Shown here in pieces: positions 32,380-40,615 of a stretch of 64,000 nucleotides of DNA. The DNA is taken from contig JAYQSQ010000018.1 in the NCBI GenBank assembly GCA_038146985.1, forward strand, positions 133,349 to 197,348, read 5' to 3'. This DNA is from Alphaproteobacteria bacterium (lineage in GTDB: Bacteria; Pseudomonadota; Alphaproteobacteria; Thalassobaculales; Thalassobaculaceae). Numbering within the stretch: position 1 is the stretch's first letter; each line of letters opens with the position of its first letter. The position numbers and the translations under genes were made by a program. The notes below the pieces were generated by a model that had not been told where the DNA came from, did no database searches, and saw nothing but the letters and a program-made list of their open reading frames with translations.

Positions 32380-35223
32380 CTATTCCGCCGCCGCACGCGA
32401 GGCCGACTTGCGGGCAGGCTTCTCCTCGGGTTCCAGTTCCTCCAGCATCGCCTTGCGGATCGCGTCGAGCTTACGGTCGTTCTGGATCTTCAATCCGAAC
32501 AGATCCTTCACGTAGAAGACGTCGACGATGCTCTCGCCGTAGGTCGAAATCTTTGCGGCGGCGATCTGCAGATTTTCCCGCGCCAGTTTTCTGGTCAGGC
32601 GATGCAGCAGACCGGGCCGGTCGGTGCCGTTCACCTCGACCACGGTATGGGTCGTACTGGCCTTGTTGTCGATTAGAACGCGCGGCGCGACCTTCATTCC
32701 TCGGGCGCGTTTCGGCAGGGCGCTGGGTCGTTTTTCGATGGCCTGCTGCAGCTTGAGCTTGCCGGTCAGCGCGCGTTCGATCGCGCTCTCCAGTTTGCCT
32801 TGCAGGTCCGGTCCCTCGAACGCTTTCCGGTTGGAATCCTGAATCCAGAACGTGTCCAGCGCCATGCCGTTGCTTAGCGTCGTGATCCGGGCATCGACGA
32901 TATTGGCGCCGATGGCGGCCATGGCGCCGGCTATACGTGAGAACAGACCCGGATGGTCGGCGGTATGGACGGTAACCTCCGTTACTTCGCGGAACGCGTC
33001 GACCCGCGTCTCCACGCTGAGCGGTATGTTCGCCTCTTCGGCGGCGCGGACCAGATGGGCGTGCCTCGCGAGCGTTTCCCCGTCATGGGTCAACCAGTAG
33101 GACGGATAACCACGCGCCACATGGGCGGCGAAACTCCTGTCGTCCCAATCCTTGAGCCGTTCGCGCAGTTCCTTCTGGACCGCCTCGACCCGTGTCGCGG
33201 CGGATTGGCCCGCCTCCAGGGTCTGACCGGACAGCACTTCCTCGGCCCGCCAGAAAAGATCCCGCAACAGCGCGGCCTTCCAGCCGTTCCAGACATTGGG
33301 ACCGACGGCGCGGATGTCGGCAACGGTCAGCACCAGCAGCAAGCGCAGCCGCTCGGGCGACTGAACAATGTTGGTGAAGTCGTCGATGGTCTTCGGGTCG
33401 TTCACGTCTCGCTTGAACGCGGCATAGCTCATCAGCAAATGCCACCGTACCAGCCAGGCGACGGTCTCGGTCTCCTCCTTGGTCATCCCGAACCGGGGAC
33501 ACAGGCGCCGCGCGACTTTCTCCCCCAGGATCGAATGGTCGCCGCCCCGTCCCTTCGCGATGTCGTGCAGTAGGACCGCGACATAAAGCTCGCGCCGGGA
33601 AATCACCTTGTGGACGACGTCGGAGGCGACCGGCGCGATGTCCGCCAACTCTCCCTGCTCGATGCGGAACAGGATGCCGAGCATGATGATCGTGTGCTCG
33701 TCGACCGTATAGACATGGTACATGTCGTATTGCATCTGGGCGACGACCCGTCCGAAATCGGGGATGAAGCGCCCGAATACCTGAGCCTCGTTCATGCGGC
33801 GCAGGATCCGTTCCGGCCCCTTCTCCGAGGTCAGGATTTCCAGAAACAGGCGGTTGGCCTCCGGATCGTTTCTGAGCGCGCCGTCGATCCGCTTGAGGTT
33901 CTGGGTTACCAGCCGAAGAATATGGGGGTGGAACTCCAGATTGTTGGCCTGGGCGACGTGGAACATCCGGATCAGATTGACCGGATCCTTCTCGAAGATC
34001 GTATCGTCAATCGCGTTCAGCCGGTTGCCGTCGACCTTGAAATCGCCGAATTGGCGGTTGCGCGTCCAAAGGCTGGACAGGCGCAGGCGCGGGCGGCGCT
34101 GATGCTCGTCCTCAATCGCCGCGCAGAAGATCCGAGTTAGATCCCCGACATCCTTGGCGGTCAGATAGTAGTGTTTCATGAACCGCTCGACCGCCGCGCT
34201 GCCAGCATGATCGGTATAGCCGAGCCGGGCGGCGATCTCGCGCTGCAGGTCGACCGTCAGGCGCTCCTCGGCCCGGCCGGCGAGATAGTGCAGGTGACAG
34301 CGGACCGTCCAAAGCTGCTTCTGGGCCTTGGCGAACCGCCGCGCCTCCTCCAGGGACAGCACGCCCTTGTCCACCAGGGCGCTTACCTCGTCGACCTGAT
34401 AGACGTACTTGCCGATCCAGAACAGCTTGTGCAGATCCCTGAGGCCGCCCTTGCCTTCCTTGACATTGGGCTCGATCACGTAGCGGGAATCCCCGAGCTT
34501 CTTGTGCCGCTCGTCGGATTCCTGGAGCTTGGCCTCGACGAATTCGAGCGCGGTGCCGGCGACGATTTCCTTTTGGAAGCGCGCGACCATGTCGGTCATC
34601 AGGCTCCGCTCGCCGCAGATGAAGCGGGTTTCCAGCATCGCCGTGCGGATCGTCATATCGGCTTTTGCCTGACGCATGCACTCGTCGATCGACCGGGTCG
34701 AATGGCCGACCTTCAGCCGCAGATCCCAAAGCAGATAGAGGATCGCCTCGACAACCTGCTCGACCAGCGGCATCTGCTTGTAGGGAAGCAGGAACAGGAG
34801 ATCGATATCGGAATAGGGCGCCAACTCGCCGCGCCCGTAGCCGCCGACGGCAATCACGGCGATCTGCTCCGCCTGGGTCGGATTCGGTGCGCGATACAGC
34901 TTGGTGGTCACCGCCTCGTGAATCGTCCGGATGACGCTGTCCATCAGATAGGCCTGGGCGAGGACCGCTTCAGCTCCGTCGTTCCGGCGCAAGAACCGTT
35001 CTTTGATTTCCGCCCTGCCGTCGTCGAGAGCTTCCCGCAACACGGTCAGCAGCGCTGCCCGGAACGCGATGTGATCATCGGTTTTCTGCCAGATCTCCTC
35101 GACCCGATCCGCGAGCGCGGCAGGGTCGGCGATGGCGCGCCGGTTCTTCAGCTTGCGGTCGTTGGGCGCCAAGCCGTCGATGATCGGCGTATCGGTACTT
35201 TCATCGGCAGTCGCGAGGGCCAT
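32380..35223 (-). CDS. glnD: bifunctional [protein-PII] uridylyltransferase/uridylyl-removing enzyme
   Basis: 947 aa. Nucleotidyltransferase GGYGRGELAPYSDIDLLFL, HD domain (LLHDIAKG), two C-terminal ACT-like regions. Confidence 0.95.
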   Translation of the reverse strand: MALATADESTDTPIIDGLAPNDRKLKNRRAIADPAALADRVEEIWQKTDDHIAFRAALLTVLREALDDGRAEIKERFLRRNDGAEAVLAQAYLMDSVIRTIHEAVTTKLYRAPNPTQAEQIAVIAVGGYGRGELAPYSDIDLLFLLPYKQMPLVEQVVEAILYLLWDLRLKVGHSTRSIDECMRQAKADMTIRTAMLETRFICGERSLMTDMVARFQKEIVAGTALEFVEAKLQESDERHKKLGDSRYVIEPNVKEGKGGLRDLHKLFWIGKYVYQVDEVSALVDKGVLSLEEARRFAKAQKQLWTVRCHLHYLAGRAEERLTVDLQREIAARLGYTDHAGSAAVERFMKHYYLTAKDVGDLTRIFCAAIEDEHQRRPRLRLSSLWTRNRQFGDFKVDGNRLNAIDDTIFEKDPVNLIRMFHVAQANNLEFHPHILRLVTQNLKRIDGALRNDPEANRLFLEILTSEKGPERILRRMNEAQVFGRFIPDFGRVVAQMQYDMYHVYTVDEHTIIMLGILFRIEQGELADIAPVASDVVHKVISRRELYVAVLLHDIAKGRGGDHSILGEKVARRLCPRFGMTKEETETVAWLVRWHLLMSYAAFKRDVNDPKTIDDFTNIVQSPERLRLLLVLTVADIRAVGPNVWNGWKAALLRDLFWRAEEVLSGQTLEAGQSAATRVEAVQKELRERLKDWDDRSFAAHVARGYPSYWLTHDGETLARHAHLVRAAEEANIPLSVETRVDAFREVTEVTVHTADHPGLFSRIAGAMAAIGANIVDARITTLSNGMALDTFWIQDSNRKAFEGPDLQGKLESAIERALTGKLKLQQAIEKRPSALPKRARGMKVAPRVLIDNKASTTHTVVEVNGTDRPGLLHRLTRKLARENLQIAAAKISTYGESIVDVFYVKDLFGLKIQNDRKLDAIRKAMLEELEPEEKPARKSASRAAAE

Positions 35224-35416
35224 CGGAAATCCTTCCGGAGAAGCGGATTATCAGCATACCGGATGCCGGGGCCGGGGAACAGAGAGTGCTAGCCCAAGCC
35301 CTTTTCCGCCAGTTCCTTGCGCGCCGCCTCGGTCTTCTCCAGGTGGCCGAGGCCCATGGCGTTAATGCGTGGCGAATCTCCGCTCGTTCGACCGGCCAAT
35401 CGTGTCTTCCAAGACG

Positions 35417-35623
35417 TCAGGCGCAACAAGCATCGCCGGTCTGAATGGGCGGGCATGGCACCGTCGCGTAGGAGCAGAACACACAACAGTCGCCTGGCTT
35501 CGGCTTCAGGACCGAGCCGCATCCCTTGCAGTCGTAGAAGTACTGGCAGGCATCGGTCGGCATAGATTCGGTTTCGGCGTGGCCGCAGTCGGGACAGGTG
35601 ATCGTGGAACGAAGCTCGACCAT
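35417..35623 (-). CDS. GDCCVxC-domain cysteine-rich small protein
   Basis: 68 aa with 11 Cys: CPDC, CxxxxxCxxC, the name-giving GDCCVFC, and a C-terminal vicinal pair (DACCA). 4 nt downstream of the MerF-like gene. Confidence 0.8.
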   Translation of the reverse strand: MVELRSTITCPDCGHAETESMPTDACQYFYDCKGCGSVLKPKPGDCCVFCSYATVPCPPIQTGDACCA

Positions 35624-35627
35624 CCCG

Positions 35628-35831
35628 CTATTCCTTCTCGCCGCGGCTATAGGCCCAGAAAGTGAAGGCGGCGGACATGATCAGAACCGGGATCAGAACC
35701 GAGTCGGCTTTCGGAACGAGATGGGCGAACCCGATTGCCGGCAGGACCAAAGCCAACAGCGGCGTGAAGCAACAGAGCGCCGCCAGCACGGTACCCGCGA
35801 GGCCGATGTGGAAGAGCCGATTGCCTTTCAT
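35628..35831 (-). CDS. MerF-like two-helix metal ion transporter
   Basis: MKGNRLFHIGLAGTVLAALCCFTPLLALVLP... carries the MerF-type vicinal CCFTP pair in helix 1 and a second hydrophobic helix. It lacks the C-terminal CC pair of classical MerF. Start chosen at MKGNRLF within ORF 35628..36107. Confidence 0.7.
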   Translation of the reverse strand: MKGNRLFHIGLAGTVLAALCCFTPLLALVLPAIGFAHLVPKADSVLIPVLIMSAAFTFWAYSRGEKE

Positions 35832-36155
35832 GACGGAAGTGTAGACCCAAAAGATGGAACGACCAACGGAACCGTCTTGCAATGTCGCATGCTGGCTTGT
35901 TCGACGGAAGGCGATGGTCACCTGGCGCTCGGTTTGCCGCGAGGCGTCGTGCCACGCTCCACGGATCGGTGGACTGACCGAACCGCTGATCCCGGATGTC
36001 GAGCTCGATCCGGCCATGAGGCGAGGGCAGCGCGATGACGCGTTTGTTTCAAACCCGTCGTCTGCCATGAAAAAATCCCTGGCGTGGTCGTCTGTGGCGC
36101 AGCACATTGCCGGACTTCCTGATTAGCTCGCGCGAGCAACCAGAGAATTTCGGTC

Positions 36156-37427
36156 ATGTTTCAGCGTCGTATCCCGGATCTCTTGCGGCACACGCCGACC
36201 CCGAGCGCGCGTGGGTTCGCCGTCCTCGCGGGAACCGAGGCAGTCACCCGCGGCATGCTGATTTCGGTGTTTCCGATCGTCATGTATCGGGCCTATCGGG
36301 ATTCGAGCCTGGTCTCGGAGATCTACTTCGCGATCGGCTTGTTTTCCATGGTCTGGGGATTGCTGGTTCCCTGGCTGGTCCGGTTCGTGCCCCGGCGCTG
36401 GCTCTATACGGCGGGTGCGCTGTCCTACGTGATGAGTGCCGGCCTGATCGTTTTCGGAGAGGGCCAACTGGTCGCCGCCGCCCTGGCCCTCAACATGGCG
36501 GCCACGGTGACCGTGTTCGTCTGCTTCAATGCCTATGTCCTTGACTATGTGGCGAGCGCCGATCTCGGCCGCTGCGAGACGCTCAGACTTTTCTACAGCG
36601 CCGCGTCCTGGACCATCGGTCCGGCCGGCGGTGTCTGGTTGCTGCAGCTTTGGGAACCGGCACCGTTCCTCGTGGCGGGAAGTTCGGCCGTCATCCTGTT
36701 GGGGATCTTCTGGTGGATGCGGCTCGGCAACGGCAAGCTGATTACCCGCGCGCGGGCGCCAACGCCCAATCCTCTCGCTTATCTCGGGCGCTTCTTCGCC
36801 CAGCCGCGCCTCGTGGTCGGCTGGCTCTTCGCCGTGTTCCGGTCCTGCGGCTGGTGGGCCTATGTGGTTTATGTCCCCGTCTTCGCCATTGAGAACGGGC
36901 TGGGAGAGAATGTCGGCGGTGTTGTCCTGTCGATGAGCAACGCCATGCTTTTTCTCACCCCGGTCATGCTCAAATGGGTGGAACGCCGAAGCGTGCGGGC
37001 GGCGGTTCGGACAGGATTTCTGTGCAGTGCCGTTGCCTTCATGATCGCCGGCACCGTCGCCCATTGGCCCTGGGCCACGGTGCTGTTCCTGATCCTCGGC
37101 TCGGCCTTCCTGGTATTGTTGGACATCGTCGCCGGCCTGCCGTTCCTGATGTCGGTCAAACCGTCCGAACGCACGGAGATGTCTGCCGTCTATTCGAGCT
37201 TCAGGGACGTTTCGGGCATCGTGTCGCCAGGTCTCGCCTGGCTGGTTCTGCTGGTGCTGCCGATCTCCGGCGTGTTTGCCGCCACGGGCCTCAGCCTGCT
37301 CGGGTGTTGGATGATGGCGGGCCGCCTCAACCCGCGTCTCGGCTGGCGCATGTCGAGAAAGAAGCCGGGCCTTGCCGTCGGCGCCAGCGAAGCACCGACA
37401 CCGGCGACCTCGGTTCAAGAATCCTAA
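36156..37427 (+). CDS. MFS-type transporter
   Basis: 423 aa, about 12 hydrophobic helices in two halves. No substrate-specific motif recognised. Confidence 0.75.
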   Translation: MFQRRIPDLLRHTPTPSARGFAVLAGTEAVTRGMLISVFPIVMYRAYRDSSLVSEIYFAIGLFSMVWGLLVPWLVRFVPRRWLYTAGALSYVMSAGLIVFGEGQLVAAALALNMAATVTVFVCFNAYVLDYVASADLGRCETLRLFYSAASWTIGPAGGVWLLQLWEPAPFLVAGSSAVILLGIFWWMRLGNGKLITRARAPTPNPLAYLGRFFAQPRLVVGWLFAVFRSCGWWAYVVYVPVFAIENGLGENVGGVVLSMSNAMLFLTPVMLKWVERRSVRAAVRTGFLCSAVAFMIAGTVAHWPWATVLFLILGSAFLVLLDIVAGLPFLMSVKPSERTEMSAVYSSFRDVSGIVSPGLAWLVLLVLPISGVFAATGLSLLGCWMMAGRLNPRLGWRMSRKKPGLAVGASEAPTPATSVQES

Positions 37428-37765
37428 ACCTCGACCATCACCTGGATCGCCGCCGAGGCGATCACCGCGACATCGCCCACGGCCTCGTCGGGGACATCGA
37501 GACCGCCCTTGACGACGTTGACCGTGACAACACCCACCGGCAGCGAGGCCTTGACCTTGGCGGCATCCACCTTGTCCGGCTGCTGCACCCCGATGGTGAC
37601 GTTGACCAGGAGCTTGGACTTGTCGACATTGAGCGCCCGCACGAAGCTGAGCGAGCTGTGGTGCAGGGCGTCCTGGACTGCGCGCAGGGCCGCCTTGGTG
37701 TAATCTCCGCCGTGCAGGTCGTTGCCGGCGCCCATCTCCAGGATCACGCGTTTCGCGGCCATCAC
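37424..37765 (-). CDS. Lin0512-family protein (function unknown), copy 2
   Basis: MAAKRVILEMGAGNDLHGGDYTKAALRAVQDALHHSSL...VNVTIGV...GGLDVP...IASAA. Paralogous to the upstream gene. ATGA overlap. Confidence 0.7.
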   Translation of the reverse strand: MMAAKRVILEMGAGNDLHGGDYTKAALRAVQDALHHSSLSFVRALNVDKSKLLVNVTIGVQQPDKVDAAKVKASLPVGVVTVNVVKGGLDVPDEAVGDVAVIASAAIQVMVEV

Positions 37766-38130
37766 GCGGCTCCCCCAAGTGTGAAGCCGTCCGGCAGGTC
37801 GAGATAGACGACGGCCGCCGCATGGGCGATCAGGGTGACGTCGGCCCGGGCGGGGTTGGGGATCTCAAGCCCGCCCTCGACACAGGTCACGGTGCCGGTG
37901 CCGTGCGGCAGTACCGCCAGGATCTGGGATTTGTCGACGGCGTTCGGTTTCGGCACCGCGATGGTGACCTCGACCCGCATAGCGTCACTGTTCTGCCCGA
38001 CCACCTCGCCGATGCCGAGCGAGTTGTGCCAGAGCGCGTCTTTCAGGGCCCGGACGGCGGCTTTGGTGTGATCGCCGCCGCGAATGTCGGTGCCCATGCC
38101 GATTTCCAGCACCATGCGTTTCCATGCCAT
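37762..38130 (-). CDS. Lin0512-family protein (function unknown), copy 1
   Basis: MAWKRMVLEIGMGTDIRGGDHTKAAVRALKDALWHNSL...VEVTIAV...GGLEIP...IAHAA. 51 of 113 positions identical to copy 2 in an ungapped hand alignment. Confidence 0.7.
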   Translation of the reverse strand: MAWKRMVLEIGMGTDIRGGDHTKAAVRALKDALWHNSLGIGEVVGQNSDAMRVEVTIAVPKPNAVDKSQILAVLPHGTGTVTCVEGGLEIPNPARADVTLIAHAAAVVYLDLPDGFTLGGAA

Positions 38131-38175
38131 GCGGTTTGGTCCTTGTGCGAGGGGGTCGTTCCCGGAGGCGTCAGA

Positions 38176-40455
38176 CTAGAGCTTCGCCCGCTTCAGCCGC
38201 AAGGCATTCGAGATCACCGAGACCGAGCTCAGACTCATCGCCGCCGCCGCGATCATCGGGCTCAGCAGCAGGCCGAAAATCGGGTAGAGCACGCCAGCGG
38301 CGACCGGCACGCCGATCGCGTTGTAGGCAAAGGCGAAGAACAGGTTCTGGCGGATATTCGCCATGGTCGCCCGGCCGAGATGAATGGCCCGCACCAGGCC
38401 CATGATATCGCCGCCGACCAGCGTGACGCCGGCGCTTTCCATGGCGATATCGCTGCCGGTGGCCATGGCGACACCGACATCCGCGCGCGCCAGGGCCGGA
38501 GCGTCGTTCACCCCGTCGCCGACCATGGCGACGATGCGGCCGTCCGCCTGCAAGCCTTCCAGCATGGCGTGCTTGTCCTCGGGCAGCAAATCCGCCTCGA
38601 CATGCTTGATGTCGAGTTCGTCGGCGATGGCGTTGGCCGTCGCCGCGTTGTCGCCGGTCAGCATCACAACGTCGATCCCCATCCCTGCGAGGCTGGCGAC
38701 CGCGTCGGCGGCCGACTCCTTCACCGGGTCGGTGATGACCAACATCCCGGCGGCCTTGCCGTCGATTGCGGCGAACAGCACCGTCGCTCCGGAACCGCGC
38801 CGGTCGGCGGCGACGCGCGAAAATGCGCCAACCGAAAGGCCCTCGGCCTCGAGAAAACGCGCGGTGCCGAGCATGACGGCCCGCCCGTCTACCTTGCCGC
38901 GCACCCCGTGGCCGGTTTCAGAGACGAAATCGGTGGGCGAGGAGAGCAGCGGCATGCCCCGCGCCTCGGCCTCGGCGACGATGGCGCTCGCCAGCGGGTG
39001 GGCACTGCCCAGTTCCAGCGTGGCGGCGAAGACCAGCACCTCGACCGCCTCGAACCCGTCGCCTGGAACGATATCGACCAGCCTCGGGTGGCCCTCGGTC
39101 AGAGTGCCGGTTTTATCCACCAGGACGGTATCGACGCCGGCCAGCCGCTCCAGCGCTTCGGCGTTGCGGATCAGTACCCCGGCCTCGGCGCCGCGCCCGG
39201 AGGCCACCATGATCGACATCGGCGTCGCCAGGCCCAATGCGCAGGGGCAGGCGATGATCAGCACCGATACCGCCGCGACTAGGCCGTGCGCCATCGCCGG
39301 CGCCGGGCCCCACAAGGCCCAACCGGCGAAGGCCAGCAACGTCGCCAGAACCACGGCAGGAACGAAGAATCCCGAAACCCTGTCGGCCAATGCCTGGATC
39401 GGGGCCCGGGACCTTTGGGCCTCGGCGACGAGCTTGACAATCCGGGCCAAGAGCGAGTCCGCCCCGACCTTTTCCGCCCGGATGACCAGGGTGCCGTCGC
39501 CGTTCAAGGTTCCGCCGATCACCGTGTCGCCGGCGGAGACCTCGACCGGGATCGGCTCGCCGGTCACCATGGACTGGTCGATGGCGCTACGGCCCTCAAG
39601 GACAATTCCGTCGACCGGGACGCTGTCACCGGGGCGCACCCGAAGCCGGTCCCCGACGGAGACTGTTTCAAGCGGGACTTCCGTCTCGCCGCCCGTTCCA
39701 TTGATCAGCCGCACCGTCCTAGGGGTCAGATCGAGCAGGGCCCGCAAGGCTCCGCTGGCGCGTTCTCGGGCGCCGATTTCCAGCACCTGACCCAGCAGGA
39801 CCAAGGTGACGATCACCGCCGCCGCCTCGAAGTAAAGACCGACCGAACCCGAGGCATCCCTGAACGAGTCCGGAAAGATTCCCGGCGCCGCGGCCGCTAC
39901 CATGCTGAACAGAAAGGCGGCCCCGGTTCCCAGCAGGATCAGCGTGAACATGTTCAGGTTGCCGGTCCGGAGCGACGCCCAGCCGCGCTCCAGGAACGGC
40001 TTGCCGCACCAGACGATCACCGGTGCCGCCAGGACGAACTCCGCCGCGTCGAGCAGCCAGGACGGCACGGGTCCGAAAAGCCCGGGCGCCATGTGCCGTC
40101 CCATGGCGATGACCACCAGCGGCAGGGTGAGCGCGGCGGCGATCCAGAAACGCCGCGTCATGTCGGCGAGTTCGGGGTTCGGACCCGCATCCGCGAGCAC
40201 GTCCACCGGATCCAGGGCCATGCCGCATTTCGGACAGGCGGCGGGAACCGGGCTCCACACGTCCTCGCACATTGGACAGATATACCCGCCGCGCTGCGCC
40301 TCCTCAGCACTCGGCCGGCGTGGCTGGTGCCCATGCCCGTGCCCGTGATGGGCGTGGCAATGATCGTGCTGGGCGGGGGCATGATCCTTGTGGGCATGAC
40401 AATGACCAGGGGAGGCGTGGCAACTTGGTGCCGGCGCGGTGTGAGGATCGGCCAT
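38176..40455 (-). CDS. copA: copper(I)-translocating P1B-type ATPase
   Basis: CPC (IIACPCALGLATP), DKTGTLT, TGDN, GDGVNDAP. P1B-1 signatures YN (FAFAYNAIG) and MxxSS (MSLSSVSV). His-rich N-terminus plus a YICPMC...CPKCGM metal-binding module. Confidence 0.92.
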   Translation of the reverse strand: MADPHTAPAPSCHASPGHCHAHKDHAPAQHDHCHAHHGHGHGHQPRRPSAEEAQRGGYICPMCEDVWSPVPAACPKCGMALDPVDVLADAGPNPELADMTRRFWIAAALTLPLVVIAMGRHMAPGLFGPVPSWLLDAAEFVLAAPVIVWCGKPFLERGWASLRTGNLNMFTLILLGTGAAFLFSMVAAAAPGIFPDSFRDASGSVGLYFEAAAVIVTLVLLGQVLEIGARERASGALRALLDLTPRTVRLINGTGGETEVPLETVSVGDRLRVRPGDSVPVDGIVLEGRSAIDQSMVTGEPIPVEVSAGDTVIGGTLNGDGTLVIRAEKVGADSLLARIVKLVAEAQRSRAPIQALADRVSGFFVPAVVLATLLAFAGWALWGPAPAMAHGLVAAVSVLIIACPCALGLATPMSIMVASGRGAEAGVLIRNAEALERLAGVDTVLVDKTGTLTEGHPRLVDIVPGDGFEAVEVLVFAATLELGSAHPLASAIVAEAEARGMPLLSSPTDFVSETGHGVRGKVDGRAVMLGTARFLEAEGLSVGAFSRVAADRRGSGATVLFAAIDGKAAGMLVITDPVKESAADAVASLAGMGIDVVMLTGDNAATANAIADELDIKHVEADLLPEDKHAMLEGLQADGRIVAMVGDGVNDAPALARADVGVAMATGSDIAMESAGVTLVGGDIMGLVRAIHLGRATMANIRQNLFFAFAYNAIGVPVAAGVLYPIFGLLLSPMIAAAAMSLSSVSVISNALRLKRAKL

Positions 40456-40482
40456 GGAAGATCTCCGGCGATGTCTGACGTA

Positions 40483-40513
40483 GATATGGAGCCTCCAGTT
40501 GCTGGAAGGTCAA
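40483..40513 (-). promoter_or_regulatory. MerR/CueR-type promoter-operator of copA
   Basis: Minus strand: TTGACC-TTCCAGCAACTGGAGGCTC-CATATC, a 19-bp spacer containing the dyad CTTCCAG-CAA-CTGGAGG (6 of 7 arms match). The first 10 nt equal my recollection of E. coli PcopA (TTGACCTTCC). GGAG Shine-Dalgarno and the ATG follow. Confidence 0.7.
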
Positions 40514-40615
40514 GACGCCGGTCCGCACGTATTCGATTTTCCGCATCGCCTGGGTGCAGGCACGCGAATCTGTGCCATGCTTGGGGTCGAGGCAAAGTCA
40601 TCAAAGGGTGTCCAG

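Noticed and set aside
35417-35623. Possible selenocysteine in the GDCCVxC protein.
   Set aside because: The motif is encoded with Cys codons, and there is no in-frame TGA within the ORF.
36125-36136. Perfect 12-bp palindrome GCTCGCGCGAGC, 20 nt upstream of the MFS start, as a possible operator.
   Set aside because: GC-rich 6+6 palindromes are expected by chance many times in 64 kb of this composition (rough estimate: a few tens). There is no supporting promoter context.
35417-40513. Calling the locus a mercury resistance (mer) operon.
   Set aside because: Only a MerF-like transporter and a Cys-rich partner are present. There is no MerR, MerA, MerP or MerT in the window. The ATPase carries Cu(I)-type motifs and a CueR-type rather than a MerR(Hg)-type operator.
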